Source: Trypanosoma brucei (Eukaryota). From it: a DNA stretch of 64,000 nucleotides. Location: positions 960,001 through 1,024,000 of the forward strand of contig CP000069.1 in the NCBI GenBank assembly GCA_000002445.1, read 5' to 3'. The notes under the pieces were generated by a model that saw nothing but the letters and a program-made list of their open reading frames with translations, was not told where the DNA came from and made no database searches. Of this stretch, positions 41,569-51,460 are shown piece after piece (position 1 is the first letter of the stretch; each line of letters opens with the position of its first letter). The translations under genes and the position numbers were made by a program.

Positions 41569-42750
41569 TCAGGGCTCTACGGTGATGGCTGATGGCCGTG
41601 CCAGTGGGGGGAAACTCTCACGAAGGCACGAAGAAAATTCCAAAAAAAAAAAAATAGAGAAGCATATATCCTGCACACACTCACCTTCTACCGCAAACCT
41701 GACACGTAACTCCTTCAAACCGGGACAGCTCATCAAGTGCAGCGACGTTTCTTCGCAGTCGCCGCGTTGGCTGGTAACAGCGCGCTCTACCTTCATACCT
41801 TGCATCTTCTTTTGATGTAGGGTGAGGCCAGTTTTGCTAGCACACTGCCTTCCGCATGTCGGGCACACCAACATGGATGTGTTTGTATGCGGGGAATCAG
41901 TGGCACACAATTTTGTGTTTTTGCTGCATTTAAGCTCGACTCCCTCACCTTTGTGGAAAGCCTTACAGTGTCGGATGAGGGAGTCCCTGCAACTGAGCAC
42001 TTTTTGGCACACACCACACTGCACCTCGCCCTTCCCCGGGACGTCAACGTTTCCCTCACGGGCACGCTTACGAGGGAATTGCACCAACACCACGGTACCG
42101 TCCTCCGTCACTATGCTCTTATGCTTGAATTTCTTGTGTAGTGACAGGGAAGAACGTGTACTGAAGCTCGCCTCGCACAGGTCACATTGAAACGGCAGCT
42201 TCCGTGTTTCCTGAGGGGCTGGGGCTGCTGGGACGCTACCATCTCCTTGCACTGAGTCTTCGTTCTCTCTCCAACTTTTCACGCGGCAACTACCGCTACC
42301 TATGCCATGTATCGTTTGAAGGTGGTGTAATAGTCGGCCTGGCACTGCGAATTTGGAGGCACAGAGGGTACAGTAAAGCACCTGCGGTCTCATCAGGACT
42401 CGTATGCTCGATGGTAAAGAAACGATCGCCACCACTGGAGGGGGCTCCGGGAGGATGTCCACTGCGGGTGTTGCATCGCCGTATTTTATCTTTCGAAGGG
42501 CATCAGCTCGCACAAAGCCATGTTTGTTTACCATGTGCGTTACAGCATTCGACAGGTATTGGTATGTGGCATCACATTCCGTACATTTGGTTGGTTCGGA
42601 GGTTCTCTGAAGAGTGCGTGTCGCAACAGTTGGGACTGTTTGTATTGTTGGCCCTATTGCTGCATGTTGCGGGTTGCACCATCGGCACTGTGGAGGCACA
42701 CTCGGGTTGATCTTTCGCAACATCCATCCATAGTATCTTGAAGACTCCAA
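41569..42750 (-). pseudogene. ingi copy 3 C2H2 zinc-finger ORF, C-terminally truncated at the breakpoint
   Basis: It matches the copy 1 and copy 2 ZnF ORFs up to ...VQDICFS, then continues into unrelated sequence (the copy 2 poly(A) region read in reverse). Confidence 0.7.
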
Positions 42751-45662
42751 CCCGAAAGCGTGCCAGTGCCGTTTCCTCTTCCCTCGTCAGTTCTTCTTTA
42801 TGTTTTGTTGGAAAGTGGTTGCACGTGATACCAAACCTATGAGTGTTCTCATGGACTTCTTCCGACCTAAGCACTCGCTTCGCATAAGCAATGATGTCGG
42901 GGATCCATGCGTCTCGCAACTGTGGTAAATCAGCGGCCTTTTTGGCCATTTCATCGAAAACCTCATTCCGTTTCACGCCACAATGGCCGGACGCAAATTG
43001 CAGTCGGATACGCACCTTCCTTCTCTGAACTTAAAGCAGAAGCCTCCATAGTCGTCTCAGAATTGGGTCCGTTACGGCTAGGGGGCCTGTCTGCAGTGCT
43101 GTTAACATTGACAGCGAGTCAGAGAAGATGGACAACCTGCTCGATGTGCTTCTGTATGCCGGAAGCCATTTCAGCAGCCGTTGCAGTCCTATCTCTAATG
43201 TTACGCATTCCGCTCTGTAACTGCATGAGAGTTCCCCTGCTCCGGTCTTGGGTGCACAAATCAGCGTGTTGTTTCTATAGAGCAGGGCAGTTGATCCGGA
43301 CTTCTCACCGAGGGGCACGGATCCATCAGTCCACAATTCGTAGTGCTCTCGTCGCGGTGGCTCCTTCCCCCTCCGTGCAAAATGCCGTTCAATCCACTTT
43401 TCGGGAGCCTCCCTTTTGACATCGTCAGGGTCATCAGCGCACACAGGCTTTATCTGCGTGTGAAATATCGGTCGGCAGCTGTGGCGGAGCGTCGATGTCT
43501 CTAGTGGGTGCTCGCGTGGCTCAATGCGGAGGTGGGGGTAGGACCGCATGATGCGGGAATGTAGGGCTCTGACTGGATGTTTGCTGTGGTATACTTCCTC
43601 AGCACTGCGCCGCAAACATCCGCCTCGTGACTCACACATCAGCATGAATTTCATGCTGCGCACAAGAGTGGTCGTCTTGAGTGGCAGGAGGTTTGCTTCC
43701 AGCAGAGAGTCCTCTTTGCGCGTCCCATGCGGTATGCCAGCTATGATTCGACTGGCTTTGTGTTGTGCTGCTGCAAGGAGGTCGCGACTTCGTTCCGAAG
43801 CGTCCCAGTACCATACCTCAATGCCACACATGGTGCGTGCCTGTACGAGTGCTAGATAAAAAGCTCTCAGCACTTGTCGTATTGGCCCCCATATAGAAGC
43901 TGAGATGACTGTTATCTGCAGTAGTCGGAAGTCCATCTTGCGTCTCGTTTCGGTCGCATGTGTTGCCATCCCTTGCAGACACTGGAATGTTACTCCTAGA
44001 AGCTTCGGTGTCCTGTCAGCTCCTATCCTTTCGCCGTCCAGTTGCAATGTAAGGGGGTGGCGCCCTATACACCCGAAGAGTGTGAACTTTGTTTTCGCTA
44101 CATTGATAGACATGAAGTACTCTTTTGACCACTGTAACACCACGTTTAGGCCGCATTGTAGCGTCTGGTTGATGACATCCCTCTCTGTGTGTCTCGCAAG
44201 TAGCGTCAGGTCGTCTGCAAAGAATCCGTGCTGCAGCAACGGCACTTCTGCAAGGCGTTGGCTCAACGAGTTCATGACAATAATGAACATGATTGGGCCA
44301 AGGACAGTTCCTTGTGGCACTCCTCGCTCAAATGTTCTGCTTCTGGAAAGCTTCTCCTTGAATCTCACTCTACCAGTTCGGTTACTCAGAAATGATACGC
44401 ACCACTTCACAATGTGGGGTGATACCTTCATTCTGTGCATTTCCCCCGCAATTTTGTCGTGGTCTACTGTGTCAAATGCCTTCTCGTAGTCAACGAATAC
44501 AGCACCTGTACGATATTGGTGCGTGGGACGGCAGAGGGCAGCGCAGACGTGCAGGAGTTGTTCGAGCGGTGAGCATCCGGGGCGAAAGCCTGATTGCTGC
44601 GGCGTCAGCTGGGACTCAACAGTGTCTCTAAACCTTGCGGCAATTATGCGCTCCATGACTTTGCAGAGACAGCTCGTGAGCGTCACAGGCCTGTAAGAAT
44701 CGAGGTACTCTTCCTTTTTTCTGGCCTTCAGGATGGGGATGATAACACCGGTCTTCCATGCAGACGGCACGGCTCCCATTCGTAGGCTCTCATTGAATAG
44801 CCTCAGCACAACATTCAGCGCTGCTCTACCGAGATGTTGCAGTGCCTCGTTGTATAAGCAATCAGGTCCGGCTATGGATCCACTCGGTAGCAGTTTGATC
44901 GATCTCCGTAGTTCAGCTATCGTGATGAGACTAAACTCACTCGCTATCGTCTTTATGTGTGCCGGTGGGTGTGAGTCGGGGTGCCTTCTTGCGCGGGATG
45001 AGTACAGTTTACTGAACCTCTCAGCTTGACGGTAGTCCGTGATGGCCGCGTTATCAACAAGTACAGCCGGTGTGGTTAGTGGTCGTGGCGCGTATACTTT
45101 CTTGACAATGTGCCAACTGCAGCGGTCTGACACCGCAAGTCTGGAGCATAGCGTGCTCCATCTCTTCTTTGTGGTGCGGTCCAGGATCTGCTTACGCGTG
45201 GCTACCAACTTTTCCCTTCGGTGAGAGGGTCCGTATCCAGCGATCTCTTCATCGAGTTTCGCGAGCGCAGGTGTCCAATGTGGTGGCGTTGCTCTGCAGC
45301 CACGGGGAACGGAGACCTTCGTCGCAATGCGGATGGCGGAGCTCAATTTCTGTTTCAGGGTGTTGACATTCTTCTCTCTACCAATTTTCCTGCAGAGCTC
45401 GTCAACCTTGAGACGGAAATTCCTCCAGTCAGCTTTTAGCTATGCGTGCATGGGTTTTCAAAGCCGCGGGCAGCTCAGTGAGTCTGTGTCGTCTCCAACA
45501 ATAACGTCGAAAAATATGTGATGGTGGTCGGTATCGGGAGAATACAGCGATGTCCACCTGGACACTGTGAAATTCCTTGATAGCGTCATATCAGGGGTGG
45601 GCTCCACGTGGTGGCGCGCGTACCTGGTGCACTCACCAGTGTTACATACCAGAAGCTGGTTG
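41663..45662 (-). mobile_element. ingi copy 3 (minus strand), truncated at both ends. The 5' end lies in the APE domain at about 45662 and the 3' end at an internal site in the ZnF region at about 41663, so there is no 3' tail or poly(A).
   Basis: It is the reverse complement of copy 2 at about 98 percent identity and shares the same premature stop (...RRLWRLLL). The RT ORF is 43031-45346, followed by 42572-43015 and 41569-42750 on the minus strand. Homology to copy 2 stops at gatatatg (reverse complement of 41663-41670), whereas copy 2 continues there with tttttccaaaaggctggcg.... Confidence 0.85.
43031..45346 (-). pseudogene. ingi copy 3 RT-RNase H ORF (771 aa)
   Basis: Nearly identical to the copy 2 ORF. 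An extra GA near the 5' end (tagagagaagaatg against tagagaagaatg) shifts the first 19 codons out of frame. Confidence 0.8.
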
Positions 45663-47452
45663 GAACTTAAATTTAACGTTCATTGAACGGTTAAGGACTC
45701 TTGTGTGTGCGGCAACGGGCGCCAGCTTATTTACCCACTCTTGCTCTTGGGTACGTTAGCAGGACCTAATTTTCCCCGCCAGTGCTCCACAAACAAATTA
45801 TGTTGGGTCAGTGGGCGGTCACCCATACCACTGCGTATTATTGAAGCGTGCTCTGTGGGGTTGAAACGATTCGGTTCGCTGGTGGATGGATTTTCGGGTA
45901 AGTCCCGATGCACATGTGAGGCTCGCGGCCAGTGGCGTGGCTTCTGTTAAGCGTAGCGATTACGTCTTGATTCCGTTTTTCTTAGTTTGGACGGTGTGGT
46001 GGCACATGCGGAGGCGGTGTTGGTTAACAGTCGCTGATAGCACCAACTGCGCATGTCCTGTTGTATGTTTCGCTTCCAGTCCCTCAAATGGCAGGGGCTT
46101 GGTAATTGACAAGGTGGTCCGCGGAAAAGCATGTGAAGATCTGAAAGTGTGTCTTGAATCCCTGTAGATATGGAGGTGGTGGCATCAATGCGACGACTTC
46201 CCCACTTCATCTTAATATATATGTATTAGCTTGAAGGAACGCATGGGAACACGCAAAGGCACGGTGATTGCAGGCCAGCTGTGCTGAAAGATGGGATGGA
46301 AATGAGAGTACCACAAACGTGAGGGTGTACTGCTCTTCTTTCCGCACGAAGCGTTTGTGTAGTAAATGTGAGGTATGGCAGGCGGCGCGTGCAGAAACGC
46401 AGTGTACGGAAAGCGACTCCCATCATTACGGGGAAATTTCCAAGGAGAACGACAACGGAATACACGTCAGCGGTGCGTCGCGCTTCCCGACGCATTCCAA
46501 ACATCGTCTCAGGGAGTTTGAGATGTCAAGCTTCTCATATGGGAATGTGGAGAAAGAAAAGAAGCCCACGTCGTCTTATGACTGGAAATACTGGAAGCCC
46601 TTTGCTAATCCTCTCAAACGATGCCCGGCGCAAAAGATGAGACACATAATATAGGTGACGGTGACTGTGGTGTAACTCTTGCCGACGGACTCGAAGCTGG
46701 CGAAGCTCCTTCGGGAAGAAATCAATATCATTGCGAAAACCTTCGAAACCGGTGGCGGCGGGTGCTCATTCACCCCCCTTCCCCCCTGGGTTCTTGTCCT
46801 CGTCGACCTTCATTTCGCACCGCATGCGTTGAGGGCCGTTCTGTTGCCGCCATCTGGTTGATGTTGATGAAGTTCTTCTTCTTTAGCCCTTTTATTTCCG
46901 ACGAAGGTGTCGCACACACGTGGGAAAACGCAGAGTGCGTTTGTGCGTATGGGGACTGAGACGCTCAAATCACTAAATATGCAACACGCTGACGTACTGG
47001 GGGTGAAAATAAAACGATGGAAAGAAGAAAGTTACCAACTTTTCAGAAATAAGCAAGCAAGTCACAAAAAGTTTATGCTTACACATTCGTGGTAGCCTGT
47101 GGTTCAGCGGTATCAACATTGTGGTAAACAATGGTTCAGTTGTTGTTCAAATATACACATTTGCTCACACAAAAATGAGCTCATTTTTTTTTTTTTTGAA
47201 ACATTTGATAATGGTATCATTTGGAAATTGGCGATGTAGATGTTTCGATATTAAATTACAGGGTATAATGACATCCAGTGATCGCCAACTCCGGTATTCT
47301 GATTTGACAGAGGGGCATTTCCTTTCCCCCAACCTTTTAGCATCGCTTTCCATGCCCGAATTTGTAAAAAAAAAAAAAAGAAATAACCGATTTTCACTCT
47401 ATTTGTCACATCTCCAGAGTAAAAGGTTTCCTTTCAACTGTGTCTGTGTGTG

Positions 47453-48388
47453 TTACCCGTGGGGAGGGGTGTCCCGACGCGCAGTTGTCGGCGCCGGGCA
47501 GGCTGCCCTTTTCGGTGGAGTGTCGGCTTGCGCAATGCGCACAGGCAGGCAAAAACAAGGACCACAATTCGCATGGCTAAACTTTCCCCAGTCTGCCAAA
47601 TCAGTGGCTGAGTGAAGAAACTGTGCTTCCTCAATTTTGGGGCATACATCGCTTACTTCGGCTTCTGGTTTGTATAACTGTGAAAATTTCCGCGTTCGTT
47701 TTTCTAATAGACCAAGATCACGTGCCACCTTTGCCTCCTGGCGTATTGCAGCAAGATGTGCGGCATTTGCTTCCTCCACTCGCCTTATGATGCGGTGCTT
47801 CTCGTTAATCAACCTTTTAAGTTCCCTTTCTGCGTCTGCATGTGCGGCCTGGGATGAGAGTCCCTCATTTTCCTCCTGCACAACCGAGTCATATGCGTCG
47901 CATTCCTTAATCTCGTTTTTCAAAGTCTCCAGCTTGAGTCGCAGCTGCCCAACTTCCATACTAAGACTATGTATGGAGTGCTTCACTTCGAGGTATTCCC
48001 GTCTTTGCAACGCTTCTGTGGGTGATTTCTTACCAACTGTCCCCTTGCCCGTATTGAAGCACGCACCCATACCATTTATTTTGATGATCGCCTCTTTCCT
48101 CTGTGAACGCGCGGCCTCAAGTCGCAATTCCAGTTTAACCACTTCACCGTAGTCAAGCACATCAGTTGCCATGGAGGCAATCTGATCCCCCAACAGCGCC
48201 TTCTCTTCAAGCAGTTTGCCCAGCAATTCTTCAAGATACCGAAGTTCCTCCTCATCTTCGCTAAGCTCCACATTCCGACGTACTTGTTTTGCATGAGCGA
48301 ATCTTCTGGATGAGGGCCGTGCCGATTCAGCTGCTTTCCCAACTTTAACCAAAGGGGCTGTTCCCGGTCTCTTGTTCTTTAGTGTCAT
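47453..48388 (-). CDS. Hypothetical coiled-coil protein (311 aa)
   Basis: First long ORF of the minus-strand array. It is rich in heptad-like E/K/L segments (LRLEAARSQRKEAIIKI, LKLETLKNEIKE). The start is uncertain. Confidence 0.5.
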   Translation of the reverse strand: MTLKNKRPGTAPLVKVGKAAESARPSSRRFAHAKQVRRNVELSEDEEELRYLEELLGKLLEEKALLGDQIASMATDVLDYGEVVKLELRLEAARSQRKEAIIKINGMGACFNTGKGTVGKKSPTEALQRREYLEVKHSIHSLSMEVGQLRLKLETLKNEIKECDAYDSVVQEENEGLSSQAAHADAERELKRLINEKHRIIRRVEEANAAHLAAIRQEAKVARDLGLLEKRTRKFSQLYKPEAEVSDVCPKIEEAQFLHSATDLADWGKFSHANCGPCFCLPVRIAQADTPPKRAACPAPTTARRDTPPHG

Positions 48389-48863
48389 ATTTGTTTTGAT
48401 TTTTTAAAAACAAATTGTGTTGTCGTTGCTGTTGATGCGGCTTAATGTACACGTCGGGCTCGCGTGGGGAGTCGCCACACCACCGTAGGTGTCCCCCAAA
48501 GCTTTTTCACTCCGTAGTTAACGGTCTGGTGCTAGGTATTATTAGTTTTTCAGAAACGATTTATTGTAACGACGAAAAAAAAAAAGAGGAAAGAAGGGTG
48601 AAGCGGATTCCATAACCCACAACTAAATGGAAGGAAGAGAAATATCACGCGCAACACGTTAAAAGTGGCAATCTGGGGGGAGTAAGCATAAAATTAAAAA
48701 TACGGGACGGACCACGCAAACAAAATTATTACACAGTGCCATTTCTCGTGGAAGGGTGCATTCTTTACGTACAGGACCGAAAGGGGACTTTTTTCAAAAA
48801 AATAAATAAATAAAAGTAATGAACTGAGTGGTGCCAAGGAGAAGTGTGTAAAGAATAGCGCGT

Positions 48864-49913
48864 TCAAACTTGCGTCAGCAGGACATCCTTGCAATAGTCC
48901 ACCTCAAAATCCTCGAGGTCCTGTAGGTTTAGCGTTAACGTCCACAACCCGTGTGCCTTTACGCTCCGCCCCTCGCTCACTGGTGCATTGGCTACACTAA
49001 GGGGATCCATGCATTTCGTAACGGCCCACTTACGCTCCAGGGACAATTCTTCTCGAAGCGATTCCTGCATGAGATTCACAATTATGCGCCCTACGGGAAC
49101 CACTTCCCATGTGTGGTCCACCTGTTTACGCCTTATCTTACAGACACGCTTCAGTGCGTCCGCCTCTTGCACCGCCCATGCCGCTAAATGTATGTGCCGT
49201 GGTCCTTCACACGTTCCAAACAGCATATAGTCAAAGTTGCTCGTTTTATTACTAACATCGATAGCGCAGATGTCCCGGACCTTAAGTGACCGCAAAACTT
49301 CTAGTATCTCCTTTACATCTTCTATATATGCCTTCCGCCCGTCCTGCCAAGTTTCGTCGAGGGATCCCTCAACTTCCATTTCCAACAACATGTCTGCAAA
49401 CCGCTCGTCATCGTATGGAAGTGGCTGTTTCGATCCCGTGCTTGTGGGTTGCTGAATCGTCTCCTCCAGAGTGTCACTAGCCAAAACGCGGAGGGCGCTG
49501 CGACTGTTCGTCCGCTGTTCCTCCTGGCGACTGGAAATTGGAATGTTAAGCCGGGAAAATACCTGACCCTCTGGAATATCGTTTTCCCTGACGACGCCGA
49601 GTTCTGAAGAATCCCCCACTTCTCGCCGCGCACTGGCTGATCCCAGCGCATTTGTAAGATCATCCAGTTGGAGATCAACAAAATCGCTCTCCCCGCCATT
49701 GGAGAGCGGCAGCGGCGGCGGAGTCCCATCATTCGTGAACGCATCACTTGAATGCCAGCGGGCAGCTTTCAGCGGCAGGTGACAACACAACCGATTTCGC
49801 ATCCTTCCACTTTCGCGAATCAACTCAAAACAGCACCAACGAAACGAAGGCGTAGTTTGAAATACACCACGCGCATAGCAGCCAGGTGTTGATTTGCTAA
49901 AAATTCGCCGCAT
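48864..49913 (-). CDS. Ribosomal silencing factor RsfS / iojap-like (DUF143) protein with a long N-terminal extension, likely organellar
   Basis: The C-terminal about 110 aa, ILEVLRSLKVRDICAIDVSNKTSNFDYMLFGTCEGPRHIHLAAWAVQE...VVPVGRIIVNLMQESLREELSLERKW, parallels E. coli RsfS ([45 protein letters not shown]...[20 protein letters not shown]). Confidence 0.65.
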   Translation of the reverse strand: MRRIFSKSTPGCYARGVFQTTPSFRWCCFELIRESGRMRNRLCCHLPLKAARWHSSDAFTNDGTPPPLPLSNGGESDFVDLQLDDLTNALGSASARREVGDSSELGVVRENDIPEGQVFSRLNIPISSRQEEQRTNSRSALRVLASDTLEETIQQPTSTGSKQPLPYDDERFADMLLEMEVEGSLDETWQDGRKAYIEDVKEILEVLRSLKVRDICAIDVSNKTSNFDYMLFGTCEGPRHIHLAAWAVQEADALKRVCKIRRKQVDHTWEVVPVGRIIVNLMQESLREELSLERKWAVTKCMDPLSVANAPVSEGRSVKAHGLWTLTLNLQDLEDFEVDYCKDVLLTQV

Positions 49914-50023
49914 CAGTCTCCTAAAGCAAATAAAAGGAAGGCACAGTACAGGATGAGAGCGACAAACACTATCAAAAATAAAATAAAATCAAAGAACAAG
50001 CCCCCGAGAAACACGAATAAGAA

Positions 50024-50040
50024 TATATATATATATATAT
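50024..50040. repeat. (AT)n microsatellite
   Basis: atatatatatatatatat, read directly. Confidence 0.9.
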
Positions 50041-51460
50041 TCAACCGAAATGAATTGAGAACGGAACAATTCTGAAGTCATGGAATACGGCAGGATTATG
50101 ATTCAAACAAACAAATCACACAACCTCTCACTTTTTTCTCTTTGCAGGGGAAACGCAGCAGTCCTTTTTTTTGTCTACGCGAGCAAATGCGCTTCTTCAT
50201 TTTGCCTACATCCAGATCGGTTTCTCAAACGGCTGCACGGATGGAGTTTATCATCAGGTATCGTTCAGCACTAAATTTTCCACGGCAGTGCAGGGCTAAA
50301 AGATATTTAAAAAGGGAAAAGGAGTATGATTGTGTGGATCAAGGGGGAAGAAAGTAAGGCAGGCAATGTCTAGCAAAAATAAATTAATAAACAATGTAAT
50401 TAACAAACAAAAAAAAAGACCAACACATATCCGATGTATCGCTTTCAATTACAGAAAACATACACCACTTAGCCCCAAATCAAAACAAACACGCGCACAA
50501 GCACGGATTGCTAGTTAACATGGCTGCCGCAGCCTTAATTCCGCTAAAGGCTAGTCAAAAAGGACACCATGAAGTGCGCTACAGCAAATATCATTTAGAG
50601 AAATAACAAGCGTATGCGAGTTATACAGAACAAGCTAATAAATATAACAAATCAGTTGAGTACCGAAGTTGCTCCCCACCTAAGTTCGTCACAAATCGGT
50701 ACCCTCCGCGTCGCTGCGTACGCATGGCATTTCCTTCAACCACGGTAAAAACAGAAAAACATAATAACAACAAGGTTTGTGTGGCATTCATTTGGGGTGG
50801 GCTGGAAAAGAAGATAAATGTATTCATGCATACGCACATACGTATGTACAGGGAGGGGAGGAGAGGGGGGTGGAGGAGTGTTTGTAATTCGGTCATTTGT
50901 GAGAACCGAAAAGATTTAGTGTCCAACACCTCTTCTCTCTTCAAAAATTTCTGCGGTTTATCGAACACCCAACCGCGAGAAAATAAAGAGAAAAGGCGTG
51001 GAAAGTGTATGGGATCCATCAACCTTTCAGAGGGATGGAGAGTGTGTATCTACCAAACGATACCACCTCGTTGCGCATGAAACAGCTGCAACAAATTCAA
51101 ATGTTTCTTCCCTCCCCATCTCGTCCACGCCCTTTTGAAGAGGAGAGGGGGAGAAAAAGAAAGATGCACGACAGGACCTTGCGACTGCAGAGTCGGGAAA
51201 TATGTCCGGTTCCCACTTCCTCCCGTCGAAACTTTTCTCACATTCAGATATCTATCAAATAATAATAATAATATACAAGATTCTGGGGATTAGGGGAAAT
51301 GTATAGTAGAAAGACTTTGATTCCTAGGGTTGCGAATCGAAAAGTATCATTATATTTTTCCTTTGATGTGTCGTGAAACAGTTCTCCACCCTTGGGAATT
51401 TCTTTCGTTCAACTGATTCATTAGCGCGCATGCACGTGGCAGCTGAACCTATTCCTGCGT

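Larger units (their letters stand above)
37256..41654 (+). mobile_element. ingi copy 2, 5'-truncated (it starts inside the APE domain at catcgctgtattctcc) and ending in A13
   Basis: It is collinear with copy 1 from its position 27762 onward. It has a 790-aa RT/RNase H ORF, then a stop (TAA in place of CAA), then ORF 39791-40234 and the ZnF ORF 40056-41519. The 3' end is ...ctcacgaaggcacgaagaaaattcc followed by a 13-A run at 41642-41654. Confidence 0.85.
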
